From an uncultured Gammaproteobacteria bacterium (lineage in GTDB: Bacteria > Pseudomonadota > Gammaproteobacteria > Chromatiales > Chromatiaceae): a DNA stretch of 64,000 bases. The translations under genes and the position numbers were made by a program. A model generated the notes under the pieces. It had not been told where the DNA came from. It did not search any database and worked only from the letters and a program-made list of their open reading frames with translations. Each line of letters starts with the position of its first letter. Position 1 is the stretch's first letter. This document shows positions 28,419 to 39,643 of the stretch, in pieces. Location: the NCBI GenBank assembly GCA_963802205.1, contig CAWDHW010000017.1, forward strand, positions 803 to 64,802, given 5' to 3'.

Positions 28419-29216
28419 CTAAAAGAAGAGCCCATCCAGCGGCGACGAGGCCGAGGCGAAGCGCTTGGCTGGCATGCGCCCGGCACGGTAGGCCTCGCGC
28501 CCGGCCTCAACGGCCTTGCGCATGGCGCTCGCCATGAGGATCGGATCCTGGGCCGCCGCGATGGCGGTGTTCATCAGCACCCCGTCGCAACCGAGTTCCA
28601 TGGCCACGGCGGCATCCGAGGCAGTACCCACACCCGCATCCACCAGGATCGGGACCTTGGCGTTTTCGACGATGGTGCGGATGTTGAGCCGATTGCGGAT
28701 ACCGAGTCCGGAGCCGATGGGTGCGGCGAGCGGCATCACTGCCACACAACCCAGTTCTTCCAGGCGCTTGGCGATAATGGGGTCATCGTTCGTGTAGACC
28801 ATGACGTCGAAGCCGTCCTTGACCAGTTCCTCCGCTGCCTTGAGGGTGGCGATCACGTCCGGGAACAGGGTCTTCTCGTCCCCCAGGACCTCCAGCTTGC
28901 ACAGGTTGTGACCGTCCAGCAGCTCCCGGGCCAGGCGGCAGGTACGCACCGCCGTGGCGGCGTCGAAACAACCGGCGGTGTTGGGCAGGATCGTATAGCG
29001 CTCCGGAGGCAGGACATCGAGGATATTCGGCTCGTTAAGGTTCTGGCCGATGTTGGTGCGGCGCACGGCGATGGTGACGATCTCGGCCCCGCTTGCCTCG
29101 ATGGCCAGGCGGGTCTGTTCCATGTCCTTGTACTTGCCGGTACCGACCAGCAGGCGCGAGCCGTACTCCTGGCCGGCAACGATGAGGCGGTCTTGGGTGT
29201 GGGTCTCTGGGTTCAT
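28419..29216 (-). CDS. thiG: Thiazole synthase
   Basis: 265 aa with [15 protein letters not shown] (Schiff-base region), KLEVLGD and PIGSGLGI. Confidence 0.95.
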   Translation of the reverse strand: MNPETHTQDRLIVAGQEYGSRLLVGTGKYKDMEQTRLAIEASGAEIVTIAVRRTNIGQNLNEPNILDVLPPERYTILPNTAGCFDAATAVRTCRLARELLDGHNLCKLEVLGDEKTLFPDVIATLKAAEELVKDGFDVMVYTNDDPIIAKRLEELGCVAVMPLAAPIGSGLGIRNRLNIRTIVENAKVPILVDAGVGTASDAAVAMELGCDGVLMNTAIAAAQDPILMASAMRKAVEAGREAYRAGRMPAKRFASASSPLDGLFF

Positions 29217-29354
29217 AGGGCTCAGGCCTTCGCGATGGGCTGCAAGGGTGGCAGGATAGCCGATTTATTGGTCTGACCGCCGCGGCCCGGCACGGGTCCC
29301 GGTCCGGTCGTTCGCCTCTTAACCTCGTGACTTGACGTCACTACCTCAGGAGGC

Positions 29355-29555
29355 TCAACCACCGCCCACGGCATGGATAATCTCCACCCGGTCCCCAGGG
29401 ATCAGGGGGTGTTCGGGGTAGCGGCTGCGAGGGACCAGCTCCTCATTCACCTCGACCGCCAGGCGTCGCCCGGCGAGATCAAGGCCATCTATGAGCACGG
29501 CCAGGGTGCAGGGTTCCGCCACTTGAGTGGGGCTGCCGTTGATAAAAATCTGCAT
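29355..29555 (-). CDS. thiS: Sulfur carrier protein ThiS
   Basis: 66 aa ending in the ...HAVGGG C-terminal Gly-Gly. Lies directly upstream of thiG. Confidence 0.85.
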   Translation of the reverse strand: MQIFINGSPTQVAEPCTLAVLIDGLDLAGRRLAVEVNEELVPRSRYPEHPLIPGDRVEIIHAVGGG

Positions 29556-29658
29556 GGCGCTGGCGAAATCGGGGACCGTCTTGGTGGGGGACGAATTCTA
29601 CACTAGACTGCCGCAGCTATTGGGATGGCACCAAGATGACAACAGAGGTGACGCCGCC

Positions 29659-31479
29659 TTGACGCAATGGTCCGAGGATCTGATACCCATAGAACGTGCC
29701 CGCACCCTGGACGGGCTCTTCTACCAGCGCGTGCGCCGCTCACCGGGGCGGGTCGCCTACCGCTACTTCGACCGGGGGACCGACGTCTGGTGCGAGCTGA
29801 CCTGGGCCGAGGTCGGCGACTTGGTGGCACGCTGGCGGGCCGCCCTGGCCCGTGAGGCGGTGTACCCTGGCGACCGGGTGGGGATACTCCTGCGCAACTG
29901 CCCGGAGTGGGTGATCTTCGACCAGGCAGCCCTCTCCCTGGGGCTGGTGACGGTCCCGCTCTATACGGACGACCGCGCCGACAGCGCGGCCTACATCATC
30001 CAGGACGCGGCCATCAAGGTACTCCTTGTCCAGGACGGCAACCGCTGGGGGCGCATCAGCGAGGCCCTGGGCGAGTCGCCCTACCCGGTGCGTGTGGTCC
30101 TGATGGACGCCGGGCGCGATGGCGAGCGTCTGACCGGCAATGACGAGCGTGTGGTCGTCGCGGCGGACTGGGTGCCCCCCAAGGCCCCGGACCTGGAACA
30201 GCGTGAGGGTGACCCACAAGCCCTGGCCACAATCGTCTACACCTCCGGGACCACGGGCCGCCCCAAGGGGGTCATGCTCAGTCACCGAAACCTGCTGTTC
30301 AATGCCCATGCCAGTCTGACCATGGTGGACTGCTACCAGGAGGACCTGTTCCTGTCCTTTCTGCCACTGTCCCACACCCTGGAGCGCACCGCCGGCTACT
30401 ACCTGCCGATGCTGGCAGGTTGCGCGGTCGCGTACGCCCGTTCCATCGCTCAGCTCGCCGACGACCTGCGCCAGGTCCGCCCCACCGGGATGTTCGCGGT
30501 GCCGCGGGTGTTCGAGCGCGTTTATCAGCGCATCATGGACCAGGTCAAGGGCCGCCCGGCCCCGATCCGCTGGATGTTCCGCCTGGCGGTGCGCACCGGC
30601 TGGCTCAATTTCGAGCGCAACCAGAGGCGCCGCGGTTGGCACCCCCTGCTCCTGTTGTGGCCTTTGCTGCGCAAGAAGGTGGCCAGGCCGGTGCTGGACC
30701 GTCTCGGTGGCCGCCTGCGCATCACCGTCAGCGGGGGGGCACCGCTGCCGCGGGAGGTCGCCCACCTGTTTATCGGGCTGGGGCTGCCCCTGGTCCAGGG
30801 CTACGGCCTGACGGAGACCAGCCCGGTGGTGGCCGTCAACACCTTAGAAGACAACGATCCGGATAGCGTGGGGATACCGTTGCGCGGCCTGGAGTTACGC
30901 ATCGCAGCCGAGGACGAACTCCTGGTGCGGGGTCCGAGCGTCATGCTCGGCTACTGGAATAACCACGCCGCCACCGCCAAGATGATCGACGCCGACGGTT
31001 GGCTGCACACCGGGGACCAGGCCCGCATCAGCAATGGCCACGTCTATATCACGGGGCGGATCAAGGACATCCTTGTCCTGTCCAACGGTGAAAAGGTGCC
31101 CCCGGCGGATATGGAGATGGCCATCTCGCTGGACCCGTTGTTCGAGCAGGTCCTGGTCGTGGGGGAAGGGCGCTCGTTTCTCAGCGCCCTGGTGGTCTTG
31201 TCCGCGGACCTCTGGGTGGGGCTGGCTCAGGAGTATGGGCTTGACCCGGAACGCCCGGAGAGCCTCGACGACCCGCGCCTGCACAAGGATATGTTGCGGC
31301 GCATCCGTGACGTCCTGCGCGACTTCCCGGGCTACGCCAAGATCCGCAGGGTGGGCTTGAGCCTGGAGCCCTGGTCGGTGGAGAACGGGCTCATGACCCC
31401 GACCCTCAAGGTCAAACGCGGCGAGGTCCTGAGCCGCTTTGCCGGCGATGTGGAGCGGATTTACGCAGGGGATGGGTGA
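29659..31479 (+). CDS. AMP-dependent long-chain acyl-CoA ligase-like protein
   Basis: AMP-binding motif IVYTSGTTGRPKGVMLSH, plus QGYGLTETSP, GWLHTGD and TPTLKVKR. Start set at in-frame TTG 29659, because the earlier ATG would overlap thiS on the opposite strand. The start is uncertain. Confidence 0.85.
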   Translation: MTQWSEDLIPIERARTLDGLFYQRVRRSPGRVAYRYFDRGTDVWCELTWAEVGDLVARWRAALAREAVYPGDRVGILLRNCPEWVIFDQAALSLGLVTVPLYTDDRADSAAYIIQDAAIKVLLVQDGNRWGRISEALGESPYPVRVVLMDAGRDGERLTGNDERVVVAADWVPPKAPDLEQREGDPQALATIVYTSGTTGRPKGVMLSHRNLLFNAHASLTMVDCYQEDLFLSFLPLSHTLERTAGYYLPMLAGCAVAYARSIAQLADDLRQVRPTGMFAVPRVFERVYQRIMDQVKGRPAPIRWMFRLAVRTGWLNFERNQRRRGWHPLLLLWPLLRKKVARPVLDRLGGRLRITVSGGAPLPREVAHLFIGLGLPLVQGYGLTETSPVVAVNTLEDNDPDSVGIPLRGLELRIAAEDELLVRGPSVMLGYWNNHAATAKMIDADGWLHTGDQARISNGHVYITGRIKDILVLSNGEKVPPADMEMAISLDPLFEQVLVVGEGRSFLSALVVLSADLWVGLAQEYGLDPERPESLDDPRLHKDMLRRIRDVLRDFPGYAKIRRVGLSLEPWSVENGLMTPTLKVKRGEVLSRFAGDVERIYAGDG

Positions 31480-31604
31480 TTGGGCATGCGTGCGGCGACT
31501 CCATGGACGGAAAAGGTAGATCCGCGTCGGGAACGGCGACCGGGACGCATGCGCTCCCAGGCCCTTGCGTCGGCCACAGCCCCTGGGTAATATGCCGCCC
31601 TCTC

Positions 31605-31678
31605 GCGGGTGTAGTTCAATGGTAGAACAGAAGCTTCCCAAGCTTCTAGCGTGGGTTCGATTCCCATCACCCGCTCCA
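31605..31678 (+). tRNA. tRNA-Gly (anticodon CCC)
   Basis: GCGGGTG acceptor pairs with CACCCGC. D-arm is GTTCAATGGTAGAAC. Anticodon stem is GAAGC/GCTTC with loop TTCCCAA. T-arm is GTGGGTTCGATTCCCAT, followed by an encoded TCCA 3' end. Confidence 0.9.
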
Positions 31679-31843
31679 ATTTTCCCTCCCCGACCGCCCT
31701 TCCAGCCGCTCCCCGGCCTTTCCCCTCATCGCTCCCCAACCCGGGGTGACACACCGGGGCACGGGTAGGTCTGTCCGGGGGCCCGCTTCGGGTCCTTCTG
31801 ACTCGGCCTGGGCCAGGGTGATCGCCCCGCCCAAGGAGTCGCC

Positions 31844-33199
31844 TTGCCCAAGCGCCCCCAAGTCCGTTCCGTCCTGGCCGGCAGCGCCCTGGGGGTGGGG
31901 CTCCTTCTGGCCCTGGTGATCGCGGCGCGGGTGGACCCGTGGTTCTGGTGGGCCGACCAGAGGGCACGGGTTCTCGCCGCGACTGGCCTGGACCTGACCA
32001 GCCGCGACGGCCCCAAGCTGACCCTCTTCCCACGACTTGGGGTGACCCTGGACGGGGTCGCCCTGGGCGATCCGGCCCCCAGCAGTTCGCCGGTGGCGAC
32101 CTGCGCCCGGGTCGAGGTCCGACCCCGCTTGCTCCCTCTGCTCCTGGGGCGCCTGGAGCTGGACCTGATCCGGCTCGATGGGCTGCGCCTGGACCTGACC
32201 GGCGTCGGCCATGGGCTCGACCATTTGGCGGGGCTGCCCTGCCCCGACTCGGAGCTGACCTCTGGCCAACCAGTCTCGGGGGCGCCCGATGTCGCCCAGG
32301 CCACGAATCCGAACGCCAGCCTGGTCCGGCCAGCCGCGCCGCTGCTTCGCGACGCCAGGGTCGAAGTGGCCGATGTGGCCATCGCCTGGGGAGATCCTGC
32401 CAACGGGCGGCTCGCCGGGCTGTGCCTGGCCCAGGTCAGCCTTCAGGTCCGCGGCAGTGGCGGCGACCTGTACCTGGACCACAGGGTTGCGGAGTTCTAC
32501 GGTGGTGGTCTGGCCGGGACCCTGCACCTCGACCTGCGGGGGCAGGACCCGCTGATCGACCTCGATGGGGCCGCCCGCGGCTTTCAGGCCGAACCCCTGT
32601 TGAGCGACCTCACCGGCGTCGCGGCCCTGAGCGGGCGAGGCGACCTCACCTTCAAGCTCGCCACGGCGGGGCGCGGCCGCGACGCCCTGGTTCGCGGCCT
32701 GGGCGGAAGTCTGGCCCTTGTGCTACGCGATGGCGCTCTGAGGGGCCTGGACTTGTCCCCCCTGGTCGCTGCGGCCCGGGCGGATCCCCAGGTCGGGCAG
32801 CCCCCGCCCTTCACCAGCTTCACCGAGTTGCGCGCCAGCGCGGCCCTGACCAATGGGTTCCTGCGCAGCGATGATCTGGTTGCAGTCGGGCCCTGGATGC
32901 GGCTCACCGGCAGCGGGACCCTGAACCTGGTCGATGGCCTCCTGGACTGGCGTTTAACCCCTGTCCTGGCTGCCCCGCCCCAGGGCGGCGGTGTTAAGGA
33001 ATTGGAAGGCGTCCCCATCCCGGTCTACCTCGGTGGCACCCTGAGCGACCCGGCCTGGCGGGTGGACGTCGCCGCCGTCCTGCGCGAGGTCGCCCGCCGT
33101 CGCCCGGAGGGCCGCGGCGGCGACGTCATCGAGCGGCTGGAGCGGCGCACCGGGGTCAAGGGACTCGACGGAATCCTGCGCGGGCTCCTGGGTCGCTGA
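31844..33199 (+). CDS. AsmA-family outer-membrane biogenesis protein
   Basis: AAGGAG Shine-Dalgarno, then TTG 31844. N-terminal TM ([19 protein letters not shown]), repeated beta-rich segments and a C-terminal AsmA-like region ([20 protein letters not shown]). Confidence 0.7.
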   Translation: MPKRPQVRSVLAGSALGVGLLLALVIAARVDPWFWWADQRARVLAATGLDLTSRDGPKLTLFPRLGVTLDGVALGDPAPSSSPVATCARVEVRPRLLPLLLGRLELDLIRLDGLRLDLTGVGHGLDHLAGLPCPDSELTSGQPVSGAPDVAQATNPNASLVRPAAPLLRDARVEVADVAIAWGDPANGRLAGLCLAQVSLQVRGSGGDLYLDHRVAEFYGGGLAGTLHLDLRGQDPLIDLDGAARGFQAEPLLSDLTGVAALSGRGDLTFKLATAGRGRDALVRGLGGSLALVLRDGALRGLDLSPLVAAARADPQVGQPPPFTSFTELRASAALTNGFLRSDDLVAVGPWMRLTGSGTLNLVDGLLDWRLTPVLAAPPQGGGVKELEGVPIPVYLGGTLSDPAWRVDVAAVLREVARRRPEGRGGDVIERLERRTGVKGLDGILRGLLGR

Positions 33200-33212
33200 C
33201 CGGCACGCCGCG

Positions 33213-34328
33213 ATGGATCCTCATCGGCTCGCCCCCCTGGTGCTGGACTGGTTCGAGCGCCACGGGCGCAAGGACCTGCCCTGGCAGCGCGACTTAGGCC
33301 CCTATCGGGTCTGGGTCTCAGAGGTCATGCTCCAGCAGACCCAAGTGGCGGTGGTCATCCCTTACTTCGAGCGCTTCATGGCGCAGTTGCCGACCGTGGC
33401 GGCGCTGGCGACGGCGCCCCTGGACCAGGTCCTGCACCTGTGGTCCGGGCTCGGCTACTACGCACGGGCGCGCCATCTCCACCGCGCCGCCGGCCTGGTG
33501 CTGACCCGGTACGGCGGGGAGCTGCCGCAGGACCTGGCCGAGCTGGAGGCCCTGCCTGGCATCGGCCGCTCCACCGCCGGGGCCATCCTGTCCCTGGCCT
33601 TGGGCCAGCGCCAGGTCATTCTGGATGGTAACGTCAAGCGCGTCCTGGCTAGGGTCTTCGCCGTCCCGGGCTGGCCGGGGAGTGGGCCCATCCTCGCCCG
33701 CCTGTGGGACTTGGCCGGGGCCTGCACCCCGGCGGTGGGGGTGGCGGCTTACAACCAGGCGATGATGGACCTGGGGGCGACCCTGTGCACCAGGGCCGCT
33801 CCGGCCTGTGGGCGCTGCCCGCTCGCGGCAGGTTGTGCCGCCCTGGGCCTGGGTGACCCAATCGCCTTTCCGGCGCCCAAGCCGCGGCGGGAGGTCCCGG
33901 TACGCGAGGTGTCCTTGCTGGTCCTGCACAATCCGGTGGGAGAGGTCCTGCTGGAACGCCGCCCCCCCGCCGGGGTCTGGGGCGGGTTGTGGAGCCTGCC
34001 GGAGTGCGCAACGGGTTCCGATCCAGGGGAATGGTGCCGCCAACACCTGGGGCTCGTCCCGGCTCGTGTTGAAAAGCTTAAGCCCCGCCGCCACTCCTTT
34101 AGCCACTTCCGGCTGGACATCCGACCCCTGCGCGTCGCCCTGGACCGGCACCCCGCGCAGGTCGCCGACGCCGACCGGTACACCTGGTGGGACCCGCGAC
34201 GCCCGGCGCATCTAGGGCTTCCGGCACCGGTGGCGCGAATCCTCTCCGAATTGGGTCGAGTGCCTGGCGCACTGGAACCGCATTCTGAAACCATCCCCAA
34301 AGACCCTACCCCTGGAGCACAACCGTGA
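33213..34328 (+). CDS. mutY: A/G-specific adenine DNA glycosylase
   Basis: DLPWQRD...[15 protein letters not shown], the HhH motif [13 protein letters not shown], a 4Fe-4S motif [17 protein letters not shown], and a C-terminal NUDIX-like domain. Confidence 0.9.
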   Translation: MDPHRLAPLVLDWFERHGRKDLPWQRDLGPYRVWVSEVMLQQTQVAVVIPYFERFMAQLPTVAALATAPLDQVLHLWSGLGYYARARHLHRAAGLVLTRYGGELPQDLAELEALPGIGRSTAGAILSLALGQRQVILDGNVKRVLARVFAVPGWPGSGPILARLWDLAGACTPAVGVAAYNQAMMDLGATLCTRAAPACGRCPLAAGCAALGLGDPIAFPAPKPRREVPVREVSLLVLHNPVGEVLLERRPPAGVWGGLWSLPECATGSDPGEWCRQHLGLVPARVEKLKPRRHSFSHFRLDIRPLRVALDRHPAQVADADRYTWWDPRRPAHLGLPAPVARILSELGRVPGALEPHSETIPKDPTPGAQP

Positions 34329-34603
34329 CCCACATGGTCCACTGCATCAAGCTGAACCGCGAGTCCGAGGGCCTTGCCCGCCCGCCCTATCCCGGTGACC
34401 TCGGCCGGCGCATCCACGAGCAGGTCTCCAAGCAGGCCTGGGCCGACTGGCTGCGCCACCAGACCATGCTGATCAACGAAAACCGCCTGAGCCCGATGGA
34501 CCCCAAGGCGCGCAAATTCCTGGAGGGTCAGATGGAACAATACTTCTTTGGCCAGGGGGCCGAGTTGCCGCCGGACTATGTCCCCCCCACACATCCGCGC
34601 TAA
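34325..34603 (+). CDS. yggX: Oxidative-damage protection protein (Fe(II)-trafficking, YggX family)
   Basis: GTG 34325. [55 protein letters not shown] matches the YggX pattern. Located directly after mutY, as in enterics. Confidence 0.85.
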   Translation: MTHMVHCIKLNRESEGLARPPYPGDLGRRIHEQVSKQAWADWLRHQTMLINENRLSPMDPKARKFLEGQMEQYFFGQGAELPPDYVPPTHPR

Positions 34604-34606
34604 CCC

Positions 34607-34630
34607 GCCTGCCTTGAGGGGACGGCAGGC
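34607..34630 (+). terminator. Hairpin after yggX
   Basis: gcctgcc-(10-nt loop)-ggcaggc begins 4 nt after the stop. No T-tract. Confidence 0.3.
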
Positions 34631-34974
34631 AATGGCGCGAGTTGTCGGTCGTTGTTCAAAATCGAGGGCAGCCGCACACGACACAGGTCCTGTTTAGCCA
34701 CAGCTCTTCGAGCGCGACCGGTACATCCGGGGCGCCCGCCTGGGAGCCAAAATTGCGGTCCAACCGGATAAGCAGGGAAGAGTCTTGGTTAGGGCCGCTT
34801 CGTCTCGGGCCAGGGCTCGCGGCCTTTCGGGTGCAGGATGGCCCCATGGTACACTTCGGGGCCCGCGGCTCCCGCCCCGGCAACCTCATCCGGTTCAGCA
34901 TTGCGCGACCGAGCCCCGGCATCGGTCCCCCAGCACCGGATTCACGGTCCCTTCGAAGGAACCCCCAGATCCCC

Positions 34975-36222
34975 ATGTACCACCCCCTGTCCCTCTTCAT
35001 CGGGCTGCGCTATACCCGGGCCAAACGGCGCAACCACTTCATCTCCTTTATCTCGCTGATCTCCATGCTGGGGATCACCCTGGGTCTGGTGGCCCTGATC
35101 GTAGTCCTGTCGGTGATGAACGGGTTCCACAAGGAGATTACGTCGCGCATCCTCGGCATGGCTTCCGACGCGACCCTCTCCGATCCCTACGGCGGCATGG
35201 CGGATTGGCGCGAGACCCTGGAACGGGTGCGGGCCCAACCCCAGGTCGTTGGGGCGGCCCCCTATGTCGAGGTCCAGGCCATGCTGGCCAATGGTTCCCA
35301 GGTCAGCGGGGCCCTATTGCGCGGCATCATCCCGGCGGAGGAGGACCAGGTGGCCACGTTGCGCAAGGACATGGTCTCGGGCTCGGTGGACGACCTGCGC
35401 GACGGGGAGTTCAACATCATCCTCGGCCAGGAGCTGGCCACGGTCCTGGGGGTCGCGGTGGGGGACAAGGTCACCGTGGTGACGCCCCAGGTCAATTCGA
35501 CCCCGGCGGGGATGATGCCGCGGCTCAAGCGCTTCACCGTCACCGGCACCTTCTCCGTGGGGATGCAGGACTATGACCGCGGCGCGGCCTTCCTGAGCCT
35601 GGGGGACGCGGCCAAGCTGACGCGGCTGGGGGAGGGGATCTCCGGGCTGCGGCTTAAGTTCGCCGACCAATTCCAGGCACCGCGCCTGTCCAAGGAGGTC
35701 GCCCTGGCCCTGGGCGGTCCCTATCTGGTCACCAACTGGACCCAGCACCACAAGAACTTCTTCGCCGCCCTGGCCACCGAGAAGCGGATGATGACGATTA
35801 TCCTGTTCCTGATCGTGGCGGTGGCGGCCTTCAATATCGTCTCGACCCTGGTGATGGTAGTCACCGACAAGCGTTCGGATATCGCCGTCTTGCGCACCCT
35901 GGGGGCCTCACCGGGGCGGATCATGGCCATCTTCATGGTTCAGGGGACCAGCATCGGGGTGGTGGGGACCCTGCTCGGGGTGGTCGGCGGGGTCCTGCTG
36001 GGGTGGAATGTGGAGCCTGTAGTCGCCTGGATCGAGCGGGTCTTCGGCGTCCACTTCCTCGACCCCAGCATCTACTACATCAGCGCCTTACCCTCCGATG
36101 TGCAACTGAGCGACGTTACGGCCGTTGGCATCGGGGCCTTCTGCATGTCGGTGGTCGCCACCCTCTACCCGGCGTGGCGCGCCGCACGCACCGACCCGGC
36201 GGAGGCCCTGCGCTATGAGTGA
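34975..36222 (+). CDS. lolC: Lipoprotein-releasing ABC transporter permease (LolC/E family)
   Basis: ATG 34975. The N-terminus [33 protein letters not shown] is typical of LolC/E. Also has a periplasmic MacB-like domain and an FtsX C-terminal bundle. Only one permease gene precedes lolD. Confidence 0.9.
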   Translation: MYHPLSLFIGLRYTRAKRRNHFISFISLISMLGITLGLVALIVVLSVMNGFHKEITSRILGMASDATLSDPYGGMADWRETLERVRAQPQVVGAAPYVEVQAMLANGSQVSGALLRGIIPAEEDQVATLRKDMVSGSVDDLRDGEFNIILGQELATVLGVAVGDKVTVVTPQVNSTPAGMMPRLKRFTVTGTFSVGMQDYDRGAAFLSLGDAAKLTRLGEGISGLRLKFADQFQAPRLSKEVALALGGPYLVTNWTQHHKNFFAALATEKRMMTIILFLIVAVAAFNIVSTLVMVVTDKRSDIAVLRTLGASPGRIMAIFMVQGTSIGVVGTLLGVVGGVLLGWNVEPVVAWIERVFGVHFLDPSIYYISALPSDVQLSDVTAVGIGAFCMSVVATLYPAWRAARTDPAEALRYE

Positions 36223-36919
36223 TACCACCCTTGCGGCCATCCCTGTGCTGGAGGCGCGCGGTCTGACCAAGACCTTCCGTCAGGGGCCGCTGACGGTCCC
36301 AGTCCTGCATGAGGTGAACTTCGCCGTCCCTGCGGGGGCGCGGGTCGCAGTGATCGGGGCCTCCGGCTCTGGCAAGAGCACTCTGTTGCACTGTCTGGGC
36401 GGGCTGGACAAGCCCACCGCAGGCAGCGTGCACTGGGTCGGGCAGGATGTGGCATCCCTGGGGGAAGGCCAGCGGGGGCAACTGCGCAACCGCAGCCTGG
36501 GCTTCGTCTACCAATTCCACCACCTGCTTCAGGAGTTCACCGCCATGGAGAACGTGGCCATGCCGCTGCTCATTGGCGGCATGGCCCCGCACCAGGCGAG
36601 GGAGCGGGCGGAGGCGCTGCTCGAACGGGTGGGCCTGGGCCACCGCATGGTGCACAAACCCTCGGAACTGTCCGGGGGCGAGCGCCAGCGCGCCGCCATC
36701 GCCCGCGCCCTGGTGACCGATCCGGCCTGCGTCCTGGCGGACGAGCCAACGGGCAACCTCGACCGCCATACCGCTGGGATGGTCTACGAGTTGATGCTGG
36801 AACTAAACGCCGAGATCGGCACCAGCCTGGTCATCGTTACCCACGACCCGCAACTGGCCGCGCGGCTGGATCGCGTCTGGCGGCTGGATGACGGGGTCCT
36901 GACCACGGCCTCGGGTTAG
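36215..36919 (+). CDS. lolD: Lipoprotein-releasing system ATP-binding protein
   Basis: Walker [10 protein letters not shown], signature [15 protein letters not shown], Walker [12 protein letters not shown]. Overlaps the permease stop. Confidence 0.9.
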   Translation: MSDTTLAAIPVLEARGLTKTFRQGPLTVPVLHEVNFAVPAGARVAVIGASGSGKSTLLHCLGGLDKPTAGSVHWVGQDVASLGEGQRGQLRNRSLGFVYQFHHLLQEFTAMENVAMPLLIGGMAPHQARERAEALLERVGLGHRMVHKPSELSGGERQRAAIARALVTDPACVLADEPTGNLDRHTAGMVYELMLELNAEIGTSLVIVTHDPQLAARLDRVWRLDDGVLTTASG

Positions 36920-37006
36920 GTCAAAGACCCGCTGGAATCCCTTGGGTCCAGGCCCGGCCGCTCCGATTCTTCTTAGTACCGAACCCTTTCCGAGGCATAG
37001 ACCCCC

Positions 37007-37660
37007 ATGCAGGCGTCCCCGAACCCAGGCCCCGATGCCTTCCGTGCACGCGCCATGGATATGGGTCTGTCCGAGGCCGACCTGAACGTCGACCCGATAC
37101 GCCAGTTTCAGCAGTGGTACGAGGCGGCTATCGGCACTGGTATCCCGGAGCCCAATGCCATGAGCCTGGCGACCGTGGCTGCCGACGGTCAGCCCTCGCT
37201 GCGCACCGTCCTGCTCAAGCTCTATGACGAGCGCGGCTTCGTCTTCTTCACCAACTACGAGAGCCGCAAGGCGACCGAGATGGCAGGCAACCCGCGGGTG
37301 GCCTGCCTGTTCCCCTGGGTCGCACTGGCGCGTCAGGTGAGTATCGTCGGCCAGGTGGAGAAGGTCTCGCTGCCCGAGTCCCTGCGCTATTTCACCAGCC
37401 GTCCCCGCGGCAGCCAGATCGGTGCCTGGGCCTCACACCAGAGCCAGGTCATCACCTCCCGGTCCCTGCTGGAGATGAAGGTGGACGAGATGCGTCGCCG
37501 CTTCGCTGATGGCGAGATCCCCTTGCCGGGCTTCTGGGGGGGTTACCGGGTGGTGCCCCAGAGCATCGAGTTCTGGCAGGGGCGGGAGAGTCGCCTGCAT
37601 GATCGCTTCCGCTATTGCCGCCAGGGGGATGGCTGGACACTGGTCCGGTTGGCGCCCTGA
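37007..37660 (+). CDS. pdxH: Pyridoxamine 5'-phosphate oxidase
   Basis: RTVLLK..D.RGFVFFTNYESRKA, then IEFWQGRESRLHDRFRY and the ...RLAP C-terminus, which are PdxH signatures. Confidence 0.95.
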   Translation: MQASPNPGPDAFRARAMDMGLSEADLNVDPIRQFQQWYEAAIGTGIPEPNAMSLATVAADGQPSLRTVLLKLYDERGFVFFTNYESRKATEMAGNPRVACLFPWVALARQVSIVGQVEKVSLPESLRYFTSRPRGSQIGAWASHQSQVITSRSLLEMKVDEMRRRFADGEIPLPGFWGGYRVVPQSIEFWQGRESRLHDRFRYCRQGDGWTLVRLAP

Positions 37661-37753
37661 TACCGGGGTGGACCCGCGTTTTGCGCCAGTGCCCGCGCCC
37701 GCCGGGACTATAATCCCGTTCCTCAACTCAGCCCCTTTCGCGGAGTCGTCCAG

Positions 37754-38467
37754 ATGTACAGCCTCTCAGGAAAAGTCGCCGTCGTCACCGGGGCCGCCGG
37801 CAACCTCGGCCGGGCCCTGGTCCAGGTCTTCGCCGCGGCCGGGGCGAAGGTCGCCCTGGTGGACCGCGGCGAGGCGGCCCTGACCGCCGCTCAGGCGGAC
37901 CTCCCGGCGGGGGTCGAATCCGCGGTCTTTGCCGTGGATCTGCTTGAGGCTAAGGCGGTGGCGGCCCTGGCCGACCAAATCGTCCAACACTTCGGAGGAG
38001 TGGACATCCTTGCCAATATCGCCGGGGGCTTCACCATGGGGCCGCCCCTGCACGAGACCTCGGACGACGACTGGGACTTCATGCTCGATCTCAATACCCG
38101 CAGCGTCTTCCACACCTGCCGGGCACTGGTTCCGGCCATGCTCAGGCGCGGCGGCGGGCGCATCGTCAACGTCTCCGCCCGCGCTGCCACCGAGGGCAAA
38201 GCCAATATGATCCCCTACTGTGCCTCCAAGGCGGCGGTCATCACCCTCACCCAAGGCCTGGCGGCGGAGCTCAAGGACGCGGGGATCACTGTCAATTGCG
38301 TGCTGCCTGGAACCCTGGACACTCCGCAGAATCGAGCCGCCATGCCGGATCAGGACTTCGGTCGCTGGGTCCCGCCCGCGGCCTTGGCAGACGTCATCGC
38401 GTTTCTCGCCTCGGACGCGGCACGCTGTGTGACCGGTGCGGCCATCCCGGTCTACGGCCGCAGTTGA
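37754..38467 (+). CDS. SDR-family oxidoreductase
   Basis: VTGAAGNLG Rossmann motif, NIAGG, and YCASKAA (YxxxK). Confidence 0.85.
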   Translation: MYSLSGKVAVVTGAAGNLGRALVQVFAAAGAKVALVDRGEAALTAAQADLPAGVESAVFAVDLLEAKAVAALADQIVQHFGGVDILANIAGGFTMGPPLHETSDDDWDFMLDLNTRSVFHTCRALVPAMLRRGGGRIVNVSARAATEGKANMIPYCASKAAVITLTQGLAAELKDAGITVNCVLPGTLDTPQNRAAMPDQDFGRWVPPAALADVIAFLASDAARCVTGAAIPVYGRS

Positions 38468-38503
38468 ACACCCAAGGCTCGATCAGGCCGCGGGCCCTGT
38501 GTT

Positions 38504-38893
38504 GTGCCGCCCTGCTGGCCGGGGCACTCGGTCGGCCCGGTCCTGGCCCAGGGCCTGCTGGACGAAGCGACCGTCCAGACCCTGGTCCAGGCAGTTGAAG
38601 CGGCGGTGGAGATCGATCTCTATAACGCCCGCTGCCGCAGTGACCAGTCCGGCCGCCGCACCGAGAACCTCAACAAGCTCCTGGCGGGGCGCTTCCGCAT
38701 CACCGTGATTGGGGTTCAGGACAAATTCTTCCCCGAGCACTCCTACCGCAAGGCCCAGGAGCGCATCCAAAACGACTTCCTGGAGCGCCTCAAGGCCGCT
38801 GGCGGTTGTTCGGAGGCCAGGGCCGGCGGGCTGCGCGAGGCCCTGGAGGCCCGCCAGCAGGAGACTCAGGGGGCCGTCGAGGCCCTGCCCTGA
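38504..38893 (+). CDS. Hypothetical protein; the signal peptide may lie upstream in another frame
   Basis: 129-aa ORF with no family recognised. Frame 1 from TTG 38463 encodes a signal-like IRPRALCCAALLAGALG. It would join PVLAQGLLDEATV across a C3 run at about 38532. Confidence 0.4.
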   Translation: MPPCWPGHSVGPVLAQGLLDEATVQTLVQAVEAAVEIDLYNARCRSDQSGRRTENLNKLLAGRFRITVIGVQDKFFPEHSYRKAQERIQNDFLERLKAAGGCSEARAGGLREALEARQQETQGAVEALP

Positions 38894-39014
38894 TGGGGTG
38901 ATTTTCTGGTCTGGACGGGAGGATGGTGCAGGATGGATAAGCGCATAGCCCATCCACCATTGCGCTGAGCCATCGTGTGTCCAATGGCGCGGCGCTAGGG
39001 GCGGCCAGGCAGGG

Positions 39015-39176
39015 TCAGGTGGCCGGCTGATCGTCGCCGGCCGGCGGGGGAGGGGCCTCTTGATCGTGCGGTTGACTGTCGTCGGTTCCTGTCTTGCGCT
39101 TGAGCTTTTCTTCCTTCTTTTGCTTCTTGGCGAGGTCCCTCTGGCGCTTTTCGAATGCATAGTTGGGTTTTGCCAT
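39015..39176 (-). CDS. Small Lys/Glu-rich hypothetical protein (53 aa)
   Basis: Not in the supplied track because it is under 60 aa. It reads MAKPNYAFEKRQRDLAKKQKKEEKLKRKTGTDDSQPHDQEAPPPPAGDDQPAT-TGA. The N-terminal motif resembles small conserved proteobacterial ORFs I have seen; this is unverified. Confidence 0.35.
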   Translation of the reverse strand: MAKPNYAFEKRQRDLAKKQKKEEKLKRKTGTDDSQPHDQEAPPPPAGDDQPAT

Positions 39177-39643
39177 TTGACATCTCTTCAAGTCGGTTGG
39201 GGGGCAAGCGAGCGGGTTGGTCGCTCTGCGCTGCCCGGACTCTAGGCCGATCCGGCGGAACCGGCAAGCCTCAGCGCCGCCGGTGTCCTCAGGGCTTGAC
39301 CTGGCCCTGCCTGTTTTCGTTCCACCCGAGGACTTCGGGTAAGCCGTGCCAGGGTAGTGCAGTCCCCCACAGTGTGTCGTCTGACGGTCGCCAAAGACCT
39401 GTGCAAAGCTGGCCCCGGTTGCCCAAATTTCTCGCTTATGCGACCATAAACGATTTTATGACTAGGCTTGGCCGCTGTGCGATCAGTGCCTATCTCCATT
39501 CCACCAGGCGGTACAGCGATGCATGCAACCGGCGACACCCAGGCCGTCCAGGTCCGGGTTATTGACCGGACCCGGGGTGTCCACAGTGGCTAGGCCAGGG
39601 CGCGCCACGACAAGTCCGGTCCGGCCGCCAGGGCGGCGGGGTC

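Noticed and set aside
29556-29660. TPP (THI-box) riboswitch upstream of thiS.
   Set aside because: I read the reverse complement of the leader. Neither the CUGAGA motif nor the ACCUGAUCUGGAUAAUGCCAGCG-like segment is present.
31605-31843. tRNA-Gly as an integration site for a genomic island.
   Set aside because: There is no integrase, no direct repeat of the tRNA 3' end and no compositional shift downstream. An ordinary AsmA-family gene follows.
34604-34974. 370-nt spacer between yggX and lolC as a possible ncRNA or small-gene locus.
   Set aside because: It contains only a terminator-like hairpin and GC-rich sequence. It has no recognisable motif, no convincing short ORF and no Shine-Dalgarno/start pair.
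39177-39643. 470-nt gene-free, lower-GC spacer upstream of mrcB as a possible structured RNA gene (SRP RNA, RNase P RNA or tmRNA).
   Set aside because: The diagnostic motifs are absent: GGAAGCAGCC-type SRP domain IV, GAGGAAAGUCCGGGC of RNase P, and the tmRNA acceptor and tag region. A covariance-model scan would be needed to exclude other RNAs.
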